Below, piece after piece: positions 1 to 13,794 of a DNA stretch of 64,000 nucleotides. Numbering within the stretch: position 1 is the stretch's first letter; the number at the start of each line of letters is the position of its first letter. A program made the position numbers and the translations under genes. The notes under the pieces were generated by a model. That model did no database searches, was not told where the DNA came from, and worked only from the letters and a program-made list of their open reading frames with translations. Origin of the DNA: Dipteris shenzhenensis. Taxonomy: Eukaryota. The DNA lies in the NCBI GenBank assembly GCA_047967505.1, contig CM106538.1; one strand, 5' to 3'.

Positions 1-1487
1 TCTCTCTCTCCCTCTTCCGTTTTGCTTTCGTTGAGAGCACTCTCAATTGTATAAGAGCCCGGGTGATCTAGCTGGGCATGCATGAATGCTTGGAAGCTCA
101 GCAGCTCTATGGGAGGAAGGAGAAGCTCTGTGGGAAGCCTTGTGGGTGATTTTACTTGCATCGAAGTGCACAGAGACCTTGAAGGTACCTTTTGAAAAGT
201 CACTTTGGTTTTGCGAAGTGGTTTTGAGAGCCTGTTAAGTGTTTTCGAAGAAAAAGTCATTTTTTTAGCTTTTCCCTATTTCGTTCGATGACAAAGACTC
301 TGTATTGACTTGTAGAGGCAACCATTCACTTTAAGAGCTTGGAAACACCTTCATTCTTGAATTTGGGATCATTTTGTTGGATTTTCGACTCACTGTGTCA
401 GTTTCGACGTTTTTTCTGCCTGGGTGTTAGAACTCAAGTTTGGAGCAACCATTTGCAGATCTATCAATTCCGGTGGACTCAGGAGGTCCTAAAACTTCTA
501 TGTTGCTCATCATTCGCACTCTGGTGGAGTTTACAAACAGTTCAATTTCCAAAAACTTTTTTGAGTCTGTGTGTTGGACCCAGTGATTGAGACCATGGTT
601 TCCAAAACCGTCCATCCCATTGCGTTTTGGACACCTAAAAACCCCTACCTATCAGTTCTTGTGCGATTCGATGGAGTATTTTTAGAGTTATAGATCTCTG
701 TGTATTAGATTTCATCTCTCTATTATGCATCTTTCATTCTAAGGTTTTGAAACCTTAGATTTATGCCACATGGCAGTGGATAAGTGTTGACTCCCTTTTC
801 TCACTCATCGGTTGGGATTTTGGAGTTCCAACAGAAGAAAGATATTTGTAGATTGTCTTGCTGAGCTCGATTATGCAATGGCGCCCATGTTTTGAGGCAT
901 CTCATGTTCTATTTTCAGTAACGGTCATTGCCGTGGGACCATGATTTCATACCTTATGCAGATCACTCTGGTTGCAGTTTTTGAGCCATGTGTGCTCATT
1001 TGTAGTGTGCATTGGGTTGGAGTGGATGATTTATAGGCCATTTGGATGCATTGTGATCCTTATTGGATGCGGTAATAGGCCTAGATCACCTTGTGGGATG
1101 CTATTTTTTATGGACGCTTTGCACATGGTGCTATTTTATGCTAAGGGACAGCCATTTGACACATTGCAGGTGATGCACTGATAGTGTTATGCTCTCTTGG
1201 ATGAGATATTGTTGATGCATATGCCCATGGATGATGTTTATGCTTGAGCCATTTGGCACTTATTGGCATTTTGGATTACCATTGCAGTTGGCATTTTCTT
1301 TTAGGCCAGATTTGCTCATATGGATGCATAGTACATTCACATGAGTTAGCTGTATCTTTTGATGCTTTGAGCTTTGAGTTTTGGTGATATTTCACTCTAT
1401 TGTGGCATATGCATTTGGGTGCACCTAGTATTTGGTGTGATTCTCTCTTGTAGGCACTAGCATTTGGGATTTTGCTTTATTTGCATC

Positions 1488-2433
1488 ATGGCATCCTCTT
1501 CCATGTCTAAAAAGGAGTTTTTCAGCATTAAAAAGTTTGATGGGAGAAACTTTTCTTTGAGGAAAGAACAGATAAGGGATGTGCTTATTCAAAAGAAGCA
1601 GATAAAACCCTTGCAAGGGATTGTAGCTAAGCTTACAACTATGTCTGCAGATGAATGGAATGAGTTGGATGCATTGGCAAAGTCTACCATTAGACTTCAT
1701 CTTGGGGAGACAATTTATTTCACAGTAGTCACTGAAAATATTACGGAAGCTTTATGGAAAAAGTTGTGTGCTACATATGAGAAAGAGACTGCCTCAAACA
1801 AATTCTATCTCATGAAGAGATTGTTTGAGTTGCACATGAAGGAGGGAGTATCCATAGCTTTGCACTTGAATGAATTTAATATCATTTTCAGTCAGCTTCA
1901 AGCTCAAAAGCTGAATTTTGATGAAACAATGAGGGCAATATTTCTCTTATGCTCATTACCATCATCATGGCATACTTTCCATACTGCTATCAGTAAATCT
2001 GCACTTGGTGGAGTATTGAAATTTGATGATGTGGTTGGTAGCTTGTTGGCCAAGGAGATTAGATGGAAGTCAATGGAAGGCAACAAGCAGGATGCAACCT
2101 TAAATGGGCAAAGGGACAGATCACAGTCCAGGGGGAAGTTTCAAGAAAGAGGGAAGTCTTGTAGCAAGTCCAGGGCACAGAACATTGAGTGTCACTATTG
2201 TGGCAAGAAGGGCCACATGAAAAAGGATTGCTACAAGCTTAAAAGAGAGCAAAAAAATAAGAAAAAGAATGCAAATTAGGGTGCAAATCAGAAGGAAGAG
2301 AGTCCAAGGGAGGACAAAGGAAAAGTGAAGATCAAGGAGATCAATGCAGTCACACATGATAGTGACAATGACATTCTCTTCATGTCTAGTTTTTCTGCAG
2401 AGTTGCTTACCACTTCAGATGATGCATATTCCC
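1488..2433 (+). pseudogene. gag: copia Gag (UBN2-type) with CCHC zinc knuckle; premature stop at 2277-2279, truncated before protease
   Basis: KKFDGRNFSL, LLCSLPSSW and CHYCGKKGHMKKDC motifs; the TAG corresponds to TGG in copy A2. Confidence 0.85.
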
Positions 2434-2602
2434 TGTGGAGGTTAAAGGTCACTGTGCCTTTACCCCGGTTATGCACAATACTCAAACACATATATAAATG
2501 AATGAAAAAGAAGATTAGGGTGTTCTGCACCCACAAAACTTGTGTGGCTCTCTGTTTCTCTCTCTCCCTCTTCCATTCTTGCTTCCGTTGAGAGCACTCT
2601 CA
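2434..2602 (+). repeat. 3' LTR (possibly partial) of copia A1
   Basis: Its last ~45 bp match window positions 1-45. It ends in CA and contains a TATATAAA box at ~2491. Confidence 0.75.
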
Positions 2603-3361
2603 AATTCGACTTTCTTAGCTGGATCAAAGAAAGGTAAGGGTAAGGACTCTGGTAACCCATCTTCTTCTGATGATAAAAAGAGAAAGAAGAAGATCATGTG
2701 CTTCTGTTGCAACAAGGTAGGGCACAAGCAGAATGAGTGCTGGAAGAAGATTGCAGATGAGAAGAATGGAGTAAAGAAAGAGTCCAGCAACATCGCGCAG
2801 GCAGTACCAGTAGAAATGTTCGTAGCAATTGAGGAGATTTGCACGGAGGTAGTTCATGTACCTGCGGATGAACCTTGGATTATTGACAGTGATGCATCGC
2901 ACCACATGACCAATCAAAAGGATTGGTATACCTCTCTACATCCAGTAGGGAATGACATCCTGGTAGCAGTCGACAATGATGAAAAATGTCCAGCAAAAGG
3001 AAAAGGTACGATTGCTCTCAAGTCAGATGGAGTTGTAAAACAATTGTCCGATGTTCTTTATGTGCCAGATATCAAGAGGAACTTGTTGTCCATTTCTGCA
3101 ATCACGGATCGGGACCTCAAAGTTCACTTCGATAAGAATGGTGCACAGATTTTGGATCTTCAAGGGAAGGTCATAGGTAAAGGTACACGGTGCAACAACA
3201 TCTACGAACTCTTAGCTTTTAGTGCTCAAGCCGATGTGAGCAACACTAAGCTGTGGCATGACTCATCTAAACCTTAGTTCTTTAAAGGAGATGCATAAAA
3301 ATGGAATGATTGTAGACCTACCAGAAATTACAGATCGGCCCGATGTATGTGAAGTTGCATG

Positions 3362-3680
3362 TGTTGAGATATCGAGCTCCACTCGCGATATGCCAGGGTG
3401 ACCGGATGCGGTTGGTACACTTCCCACGAATAATAGCTGGATGACAGCTATCCTTATCTACACCAGTTCGTGGCTCAGTTAGTATGCCACCTTAGTTAGT
3501 TGAGTTTGGTTTGAGACCCACATATAGGGTTCTTCTATTTCTTTGTAATAGAGTTCTTTTGGCTTACACAACTAAGAAGAGAAAAACTATTTTCAGCCTC
3601 CACCTTTGTGTGTATTCCCCCATTGTGATTGTGAGAAAGCCTCAAGTGAGACTCCTTCCCTCTCTCCCACTATCTTCACA
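3362..3680 (+). repeat. 5' LTR of copia C1
   Basis: TGTTGAGA...TTCACA, direct repeat of 8533-8850, followed by the PBS. Confidence 0.96.
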
Positions 3681-4215
3681 TGGTATCCGAGCCTTGTTCA
3701 TGGTAAGGAGCTCAAGAAAGCAAACCAAGTTCGCGGTAAGAGGACCAGTGTTGCTGTCCTTTTTCGAGTTTGGGAGCAAATCTCTGCAGGTAGCACAGTC
3801 GGAAGTGCAAGAGTGCACTGTCTCAGATTGAGACGCCCTTCGTGGTGTGGCGAGAGGGCATTATATGCTGCGGGAGAGGGCAAAGGCCTTGGTGACTTTA
3901 TTTTTCTGATTCAAGGTCATTTCGGGGCCCATTTTGGAGACGGAAGTTCTCCGCAGGCACTCAGAAAAAGGCCTTGTTTTTGCTGTGCGACCACTGTTCT
4001 GCAAGTCGGTGAAAAGTTGCCACAGAAATTGCATCGTATGCCTGTGCACAGAGACATTGGGAGTTGCAGATTCATGCTTGTTGCCTGTTGATGCAAAATC
4101 GTCACTAGGAAGTGACTGTGTGGTGAAATACCACTTTCGTCAGTTTTGCAGATCTGCCCGTGTGAGGCAAAAGCTGTGTTTTTTGCAGTGACAGAATATT
4201 TTGCAGTGTTTTGTA

Positions 4216-7200
4216 ATGGCATCTGATTCTCTTTCACAGATTGTCACTGAAAAGCTTGACAAGAACAACTTCCAGGCATGGAAGTTTAGAATGACGAATT
4301 TCTTGATGGGAAAAGGCTATTGGGATTCATTACAGGAAATGAAGAAGAACCTGTTCTTCCTAATGTTCCCAATCAACAGGAAATGCAGGCATTCAAAGGA
4401 TGGCATGAGAGAGCCAGGAAAGTTATGTACTGGCTGTCTATCAGTATTTCGGACTCCATGATTGTGCATATTCAGGATGCAAGTACGCCAAAGGAGGCAT
4501 GGGATACTTTGGCAAAAATGTACAGCACAAATACGCAAGCCAGGAAAATGCAGCTCAAGCAGGAGCTGCACAATGTGCAGAGAGAAAATATGAGCATCAA
4601 TGACTACCACATGAAGGTGAAGAAAATTGCGGATGCACTTGCTTCCATTGGGTCGCCAGTGGATGATGACGATTTAGTTTCTGTGACCTTGAATGGTCTA
4701 GGAAAGGATTATGCACAGTTCCGGACATCCATTGCCGTCCGTGAAAATTTTCCTGATTTTGAGGAGTTGATTGCTCTTCTAATTTCTGAAGAGCAGAGAA
4801 ATGGTGGTGCATCTTCTTCAGGAGGAACCTCAAAAGAAACTGTCTTCTACTCAAATGCTGGAAGGGGTAGAGGCAGAGGTAGAGGAGGCCGATTTGGAGG
4901 CCGTGGTAGAAATCAGAATATGCAGCAAACTCAAGAAAACCAGTCCTATGCAGGAGGACATGGTAACTCTAGAGGCAGGGGGAGCCAAAGAGGCTGTGGT
5001 GGATGGCAGAGAGGCCAAAATGCAAACAGCAATGTTGAATGCTACTATTGTGGCAAAATGGGTCATATGGCTAAGGACTGCTATAAAAAGCAGAATGACA
5101 TTATGAATGGAAAATTGCAGCAAGGCAATTATGCATCTTCTAGTAGGCAGGGTGATGACAGAAATGAGCATCTATTTATGGTGCAGCATATGACCAATTC
5201 TGTGACAAGTGCAGAAGAAAGAAATGATGTGTGGTATGTTGACTCAGGTGCGTCAAACCACATGACAGGTCATGCAGAATGGATGCAAGATGCAAGGAAA
5301 ATGGAAAAGCCAGGATTTGTGGAGACTGGTGATGATACTACACATCCTATTGTGCAGATTGGTAAAATTCCTTTGTCTATGCAGGATGGGAAAAAGAAAT
5401 ACCTGTCCGATGTATTTCATGTCCCGAACATCACCAAGAACCTAGTTTCTATTGGTCAAATGGTTGAGCAGGGCTTGCAGGTTAGATTTAATCCTCATGG
5501 ATGCTTTGTTGAGGATATGAAAAATAACGGTCGCTTGAAAGCAAAAGGAAAGAAGAAGGGCAGGATGTTTACGTTGGATGCGGACATGCCTGAATTGAGT
5601 GCAGCAATGTTTGCACATGGGACCGGTGTAGTTGCAGATATTGATATCTGGCACAAACGCATTGGTCATGTTAATATACAGTGACTTAAATCAATGCAAG
5701 CCCAAAATATTGTTGCAGGATTGCCTAAATTCAAGGTTGCAGAAATGCACAAGGTTTGTGAAGCCTATCAATTTGGAAAATAGGCAAGGAAACCTTTTCT
5801 TAGGCATGTTCAAGAGAGTAAAAAGCCATTGGAATTAATCCACTCTGATGTGTGGACTGCAAAAGCTGCATCTATTGGAGGCTGTCACTATTTTGTTACA
5901 TTTATTGATAACTTCAGTAGAAAACTTTGGGTGTATTTTATGAAAAAGAAAAGTGAAGTGTTTGGGCACTTCAAAGCTTTCAAAGCTATGGTTGAAAAAG
6001 AAACAGGCCTGCAAATAAAATGCCTAAGGTCAGATGGAGGGGGAGAGTACCTCTCAAATGAGTTTGCAAGGTTGCTGCAGGAGCATGGCATAAAGCAGCA
6101 ATATTCATGCAGTCATACCCCACAGCAAAATGGAATTGCAGAAAGGAAAAACAGGCATATTGGAGAGGTATCTCGGGCCATGCTAAATGAAAAAGATCTA
6201 CCAGATTATTATTGGGCTGAAGCAGTTGCTACAATAGTTTATATAATGAACAGGACTCCCACTACAGCAATACATGGCATGACGCCAGAGGAGATGTATA
6301 CTGGTAGGAAACCAGACATTTTTCATTTGAAAATTTTTGGTTGCATTGCCTATGTTCATGTGCCAAATGAGTTGAGGTCCAAGTTGGATCCAAAGGCTGA
6401 GAAGTGCGTCTTTATTGGTTATTCTCTGCAGCAGAAAGGGTATAGATGCTATAACCCTTCTACACGTAAGTTCACAGTGAGCAGAGATGTTGTTTTTGAT
6501 GAGATGAGCAACTGGTATAAACCAGTAAATGTGATGATTGATGTAGATGCACAAAATGGTAATGCTGCACAAAATTCACAGCAGCAATCACAAAATATCA
6601 GTGGACCTGCAGTGTCCTCTAGCAGTGGTTCACATACTTCGCCATGGACAGGTAGATTGAGATCAGGAGAATCTCCTCAAAGCAATGCAGATAGTGGTAC
6701 GCAGGTATCACGAAAAGGAAAAGAGAAGGTAGATCAACCCATGTTTGATGTGAATGTAGGTCACTCTTATGTGGATGGTGAATCCAGTGGCTCAGAGCAG
6801 AGCATTGATGATGAGTTGGGTATTCCTTCTGTTGTTACACTTAGAGTAAGGAAGACCAGAGATGTTTTTGAGAGCACCTGGAAGTGAGCCTATTTTGCCC
6901 AGGTCTACCAGGGTTAGGTATCCTATGGATAGGCTGAAATATGATGGATTTATAGCCATTCACTATGCCTATATGGTCAAAGTGATACAGGAACCAGAAC
7001 CCACTTCTTTTGAGCAAGCCATGGGAAATGAAAAATGGGAGAAAGCCATGGATGAAGAAATTGATGCCTTGGATGCAAATGCTACATGGGAATTGGTGCC
7101 TTTGCCTAAAGACAAGAATGCAATTGGCTGTGAGTGGGTTTATAAGATCAAACACAATGCAGATGGTTCTGTGAATAGATACAAGGCAAGATTAGTTGTC

Positions 7201-8519
7201 AAGGGGTATGCACAGACATATGGCATTGATTATGAAGAAACTTTCAGCCCGGTTGCAAGGATGGCAACCGTAAGAGCAGCCATTGCTATGGCTGCATCAA
7301 AGGGATGGTCTTTACATCAGATGGATGTAAAGAATGCCTTCTTTTGCAAGAAGAGGTCTTTATGGAGCAGCCAGCAGGTTATGTTCATGCTATTCATCCT
7401 GAGTTTGTTTGCAGGTTGAAGAAAGCCTTGTATGGCTTGAAGCAAGCACCTAGAGCATGGTCTGACAAGATAGGACAGTATCTTGTCACTATTGGTTTTG
7501 AGATTTCCAAGGCAAATTTCTCACTCTATGTGAGAAAAACAGAGAAGGGTATTATGCTGCTTGTCATTTATGTTGATGATTTGATCATCACAGGTGATAG
7601 TGATGAAGACATCCTTCATGTGAAAATGCTATTGAAGCAGAAGTTTGAGATGAAGGATTTGGGAGAGCTGCGTTATTTCTTGGGCATTGAGGTGATTAGA
7701 TCACCAAGTGGGATACAGCTCTTGCAGAGGCAGTATGGACTGGACATGCTGTCCAAATATGGGATGACAGGTTGTAAGCCTATTTCAGTTCCTTTGAAGC
7801 AGAATGTGAAGCTGAGCGCAGATGTAGGTGAGCTTCTGGAAGACCCTACTATGTACAGACGCATAGTAGGAAGTTTGATTTACATGACTATTACCAGGCC
7901 AGATTTGAGCTATGCTGTTGGGTTGGTAAGTCAGTTTATGCAGGCTCCAAGGAAACCGCATTTGGATGCGGCTAGACGCATACTCAGGTATGTGAAGTCC
8001 ACATTGCAGTATGGACTATTTTATGAGGCTGGGGTTCAGATACAGTTGCATGGATACACTGATGCTGATTGGGCTGGTAGTACTTCTGATAGACGATCTA
8101 CCAGTGGATATGTGTTCTCTTTTGGGAGTGCTGCAGTCACTTGGAGCAGCAAGAAACAGCCTACAGTTTCCTTGTCGAGCACAGAGGCTGAGTACAGGGG
8201 TGCAGCAATGGCTGCATGTGAGGTATCTTGGTTGCATAAGCTACTCTATGATATGCATCAGTCTACAGATGGGCCAGTTGTCATTTATTGTGACAACATG
8301 AGCAGTATACACTTGGCAAAGAACCCAGTCTTTCATGCTAGAACAAAGCACATTGAGGTGCATTATCACTATGTGCGGGAGAAAGTGTTACTAGGTCTTA
8401 TTGATCTAGTTTATGTCAGCACAGAGGATCAGGTAGCTAACATCTTCACAAAAGCATTGGGCACAGAGAAGCTGCGCAAGTTCAGAGACCTGCTTGGTGT
8501 GTGTAGGAATTGGGATTGA
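4216..8519 (+). pseudogene. gag-pol: copia Gag-Pol (gag, PR, INT, RT, RNaseH) with several frameshifts and stops
   Basis: CYYCGKMGHMAKDC; WYVDSGASNHMT; IHSDVW, SDGGGEY, AERKNR (INT); [13 protein letters not shown] (RT); YTDADWAG, TEAEY, CDN, HIEV (RNaseH). Breaks near 4320, 5682, 5781, 6870 and 7340. Confidence 0.95.
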
Positions 8520-8532
8520 GCTCGAGGGGGAG

Positions 8533-8850
8533 TGTTGAGATATCGAGCTCCACTCGCGATATGCCAGGGTGACCGGATGCGGTTGGTACACTGCCACGAA
8601 TAATAGCTGGATGATAGCTATCCTTATCTACACTAGTTCGTGGTTTAGTTAGTATGCCACCTTAGTTAGTTGAGTTTGGTTTGAGACCCACATATAGGGT
8701 TCTTCTATTTCTTTGTAATAGAGTTCTTTTGGCTTACACAACTAAGAAGAGAAAAAGTGTTTTCAACCTTCACCTTTGTGTGTATTCCCCCATTGTGATT
8801 GTGAGAAAGCCTCAAGTGAGACTCCTTCCCTCTCTCCCAGTATCTTCACA
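8533..8850 (+). repeat. 3' LTR of copia C1
   Basis: Preceded by the PPT and followed by TSD GCATG. Confidence 0.96.
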
Positions 8851-9919
8851 GCATGATGGGCAAGTAGCATCGGTAGCCCTTTCCTAAAGAGGCCAGTAGG
8901 GCAAAGGCTCCTCTAGAGCTCGTTCACACAGATCTCTGTGAAAAGATGGAGATGAAAGCTTTGGGTGGTTCCTACTACTTCATGATGCTGATCGATGACT
9001 ACAGTAGAAGGATATGGATATACTTCCTGAAGACTAAAGATGAGGCTTTTAGTAAGTTCAAAGAATGGCATGTAATGGTCAAGAAAGAAACGGGGAGGAA
9101 GGTGAAGAAGTTGAGATTAGATAGAGGTGGTGAGTTCACATCAAGTGAATTCGAAAGTTACTGCAAAAGTTACGGGATCAAGAGGCAGAACCCCCAACAC
9201 ATACATCAAAGCAAAATGAAGTAGTAGAGTGCAAGATGCGCATCATTTGCGAAATGGGCAGGAGTATGATGAAAGGGAAAGATTTGCCAAATACTTTCTA
9301 GGTTGAAGCATGTAACATGGCAGTTTACATTCTAAATCGTAGCTACACGAAGGCTGTGATGGGATGACTCCACTACAGGCCTTTTTTGATAAGAAGCTTT
9401 CAGCTGCACATTTCAGAGTTTTTGGATGTGACTGTTTTGTGCATATCCCTAATGCTAATAGAACCAAATGGGAACCAACGAGCTAGAAGTGTATTTTCTT
9501 GGGCTACAGTGAAGAGGCGAAGGGTTACTGTCTCTATAATCCTATTACCAAGAAGGTAATAGTAAGTCACGATGTCTTCATCGACTTGGCATTGGGCCGA
9601 AAAAGTAAGTTCACTTGCAGGTGGACATTGAGGGGGGGTGTTAGATATCAATGCTCCACTCTCATGTAACTATGTGGGAACCAGCTAACTCTACTTGTAA
9701 GCCCCCCATATGAGCAGAAGGCATTTTTGTAGCTCAGTTATCCGGTAGGTCCTCGATTGGACACCAGATGGGGGCCATGTGTGGCCTGATGGCTGGACGG
9801 CTTTAGATAGAGTTGGCACACTACCAACTAGGCTACATGCAAGTGTGTGGAGGCATCCCATGACTGACCGCACTGAGGGTAGATGGAGCATTTCCCGGGG
9901 CAACCCACTCTCGAGTTAG

Positions 9920-10941
9920 GTGGGGGACGAGCATTTTCTGAGCGAAATCTTCCGAGCGTCCGAGCGAAGGAAAAAAAAAGCTTCCAACTATGCATAAATA
10001 TGGCAAAAATCGATCAGAAGAAAACATAGTTTCACTTAGAAATATGCAAAGTATTATAGCAATGCCTATTTTATACAAAAATCTTTAGGTGAATCTGTAG
10101 GAATGGTGAGAGCATAATGGGATGGCTTTTGAAGAAACCCACATGTAGAGTAGACTTCTCTATGAAAATTCCCTTATGATCCTTCTTACAACTTTTACTT
10201 AATAGGGGGTGACATTGAAAACCCTCTCTCAACCTATCTTCATGAAAGAGTTTCTTCAAAGAAAACTCATTGAAGCAAGCCATCCAGGTAGTTTCGCCAG
10301 TGAAACCCCTTTGAAGCAAGTCTCCCAACGGTAGTTTCGCTGGCGAAACTACCTTGGACAGCACTTTTAAAAGTGACATAACTTTCATATCCAATGTCCA
10401 AATATAGTCATTCAACCACTCAAATTGATCGGAACACCCCATTTGAGCACATCTATGAAGTTATATTTTGGAAAATCTTCCATATATAGTATTAAATATT
10501 ACATGTATTTTATGAGAGTGATATATAAGCCCAAGTTAATACTTATTTATAGTAATTTAAACTTCTTTAGAAACATGTCCATAAATATGCTATAAAAACA
10601 CTAAAAAGATATTTCCATATGATATAAATGTGTTAATAAGTAATTATATATGCATAGTATTATTACATTAAGAGTGATTATGAGGAATGTTTCTTAAAGG
10701 AATCAACACTTTTTTAAGGTAATAACAGGGGTACAAAGGGATGTCTCTAAATAAGAAAATTATGTTGTGTAAAAATGAATGAGTGACTAGTCTGTATATT
10801 TTTATGATAAAGGGATCTAGTTCTAGTGAAAATAAAAGTGTAAAAACCATGTTTCCTAAAGAAAAACATTTTTAAAAATCTCTTGAAAAACACGCTCGGA
10901 TAAACCTGCTCATAGGTTTTTGCTCGTAAAATTGACGCATC
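9920..10941. mobile_element. ~1 kb non-autonomous DNA transposon (MITE-like) inserted in the LTR of B
   Basis: 8-bp direct repeat CGAGTTAG at 9912-9919 and 10942-10949. Imperfect inverted ends (ACGAGCA..TGAGC..TCCGAGCGT vs ACGCTCGGA..GCTCA..TGCTCGT). AT-rich non-coding interior. Confidence 0.6.
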
Positions 10942-13794
10942 CGAGTTAGTAGAAGGTTCTATTAGATGTAATTGAGAGAATCATGGACTTGATTGAGAGA
11001 TCAATGGAGAAATTAGTGGATCTAGAGATCCTCTCTTTTGGGCACATGCATTGTATCAGTTGCCTACGTAAGGCTAATTCTACTCATGAATAAACAAGTC
11101 TTGCTCTCCATTGTTGGTACTCTTCATGCTTCCATTGCTGTTCCATCGGTCAATTTGCCCAAAATGATCACAATTGCACCCATAGAAACTGATTCAAGTA
11201 GGTCATAGAGTGAGCTGAAGTAATGCTGTAGTGGTCACAACTTGTTAAGCATTCAATCACCTAATCATTGTTGATTGATTGTGTGTGCACGCTTCAACAC
11301 ATGACGTATCAGTCCACTACCAGTTCATTCTTAAATCGATGTATTGCTAGATGATGGTGCGGGGCCTGGTTTGGAGCCCCAAATGATCTCGGATGGCTCT
11401 GGGCCGAACGGTGACCACTGCCATGTGACCAAGCCATGTGGAGTTTACAAACAGCTCTGTTTCCAAAAACGTTTTTCAATCCGTGTGTTGGACCTAGTGA
11501 TTGAGACCACGGTTTCCAAAACCGTCTGTCCCATTGCGTTCCGAATGCCCAAAAACCCTTACCTATCAGTTCTTACGCGATTCGGTGGAGGATTTTCAGA
11601 GTTATAGATCTCTGTGTATTCAATTTTGTCTCTCTGTTATGCATTTTTCATTCTAAGGTTTTGAAACCTTATATTTATGCCAAATGGCAGTGGATAAATG
11701 TTGACTCCCATTTCTCACTCATCGGTTAGGATTTTGTAGTTCTGGCAGAAGATAGATATTTGCAGATTTTCTTGTTGAGTTTGATTATGCAATGGCGCCC
11801 ATGTTTTGAGGCATCTCAAGTTCTATTTTCAGTAGCGGTCATTATTGTAGGACTATGATTTCTTGAGCATACCTTATGCAGATCACTTTGGTTGTAGTTT
11901 GAGCAGTGTGCGCTCATTTGTGGTGTGCATTGGGTTGTAGTGGATGATTTATAGGCCATTTGGATGCATTGCGGTCCTTATTGGATGCATTGATAGGCCC
12001 AAATTGCCTTGTGGATGCTATTTTTATGGACGCTTTTCACATGCATGCTATTTTATGCTGAGGGACAGCTTTGACACATTGCAGGTGGTGCATTGATAGT
12101 GCTATGCTCTCTTGGATGAGATATTATCAATGCATATGCCAGTGGACGGTGTTTATGCTTGAGTCATTTGGCACTTATTGGCATTTTGGATTGCCATTGC
12201 AGTTGGCATTTTCTTTTGGGCCAAATTTGCTCACATGGATGCATAGTATATGCACATGAGTCAGATGCTTTGAGACATGAGTTTTGGTGATATTTCAATC
12301 TATTGTGGCATACACATTTGGGCGCACCTAGTATTTGGTGTGATTCTCTCTTGTAGGCACTAGCATTTGGGATTTTTGCTTCATTTGCATCATGGCATCC
12401 TCTTCCATGTCTGAAAAGGAGTTTTTTAGCATTAAAAAGTTTGATGGGACAAACTTTTCTTTGTGGAAAGAACAAATAAGGGATGTGGTTATTCAAAAGA
12501 AGCAGATTAAACCCTTGGCAGGGATTGAAGCTAAGCCTGCAAATATGTCTGAGGATGATTGGAATGAGTTGGATGCATTAGCAAAATCTACTATTAGACT
12601 TCATCTTGCAGAGGCAGTTTATTTCACAGTAGTAAATGAGCAAACTACGGAAGATTTGTGGAAGAAACTATGTGCCACTTATGAAAAGGAAACTACCTCT
12701 AATAATGTTTACCTCATGAAGAGGTTATTTGAGCTGCAAATGAAGGAAGGGGTCTCCATTGCTTCTCACTTGAATGAATTCAATATTATTTTCAGCCAGC
12801 TTCAGGCTCAGAAGATGAATTTTGATGCGGAGACTAAGGCAATATTTCTCTTATGTTCATTGCCATCCTCATGGGATACCTTTCGTATAGCTGTCAGTAA
12901 CTCTGCACTTGGTGGAGTACTCAAATTTGATGATGTTGTGGGTAGCTTGTTAGCCAAGGAGATTAGACGGAAGTCTATGGATGGCAACAAGCAGGATGCA
13001 GCCTTAAATGTGCAAAGGGGCAAATCACAGTTCAAGGGAAAGTCCGAAGAAAGAGGGGGAAGTCTCGTAGCAAATCCAGGGCACGGAACATTGAGTGTTA
13101 CCACTGTGGCAAGAAGGACCATATGAAAAAGGATTGCTACAAGCTGAAAAGAGAGCAAAAGGATAAGAAAAAGAATGCAAATTGGGGTGCAAATCAAAAG
13201 GAAGAGAGTCCAAGGGAGGACAAAGGAAAAGTGAAGATCGAGGAGATCAATGCAGTCACACATGATAGTGACAATGATGTTCTCTTCATGTCTAGTTTAT
13301 TTGCAGAGTTGCTTACCACTTTAGATGATGCATATTCCTAGGATTGGATTTTGGATTCTGGTGCTTCATTCCATGTTACTCCCCATAGGGAATGGTTCTC
13401 CACTTATGACAGTGGAAAGACAGGTTGTGTGCATCTTGGAAATGACTATGCATGTGACATAGTGGGAGTAGGTGACATAAAGTTTTCTTTTACAAATGGG
13501 TCTGCATTTATTTTGAAACATGTGCCTAAGTTGACCAAGAGTCTTATTTCAATGGGTCTGCTGGTTTTCACACCACTTTTGGCTTTCAGAGTTGGAAAAT
13601 TCAGAAGGGCTCTATGCTTTTGGCCAGGGGTGCCAAGTATGGGACTTTGTATCCCTTACATGTATCAGGGGTATTTGATCATGTTGTTGCAATAACCGAG
13701 CAGCCAAGCACTTCTTTGTGGCATTGCAGGTTGGGGCACATGAGCCAGAATGGAATGAAACTCTTATGCCATTTGGGTTATGTACCGCATTTGA

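Larger units (their letters stand above)
1..2602 (+). mobile_element. Ty1/copia element A1, gag-only deletion derivative (end of 5' LTR, PBS, ~1.4 kb leader, gag, 3' LTR fragment)
   Basis: LTR end ...GAGAGCACTCTCA at 45 recurs at 2602. Degenerate Met-tRNA PBS TTGTATAAGAGCC at 47-59. The gag ORF is homologous to A2 (12392+) but breaks at ~2433 into LTR sequence. Confidence 0.8.
3362..8850 (+). mobile_element. Full-length Ty1/copia LTR retrotransposon C1 with 5-bp TSD GCATG
   Basis: LTRs 3362-3680 and 8533-8850 (TG...CA, about 10-11 differences by eye). PBS TGGTATCCGAGC at 3681. PPT at 8524-8532. GCATG at 3357-3361 and 8851-8855. Confidence 0.97.
2603..11298 (+). mobile_element. Ty1/copia element B (gag end, protease, integrase, PPT, 3' LTR); interrupted by C1 and a MITE; RT/RNaseH deleted; right end approximate
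   Basis: CFCCNKVGHKQNEC and WIIDSDASHHMT at 2540-3277. The pre-integrase Cys motif is split at 3361/8856. LELVHTDLC, IDDYSR and LDRGGEF integrase motifs at 8.9-9.6 kb. PPT GAGGGGGGG, then TGTTAGA at 9639. Confidence 0.8.

Noticed and set aside
3511-4237. ORFs in the C1 LTR/leader (also 8681-8887 and 61823-62486)
   Set aside because: They overlap LTR, PBS and leader sequence, and frames are not conserved between C1 and C2.
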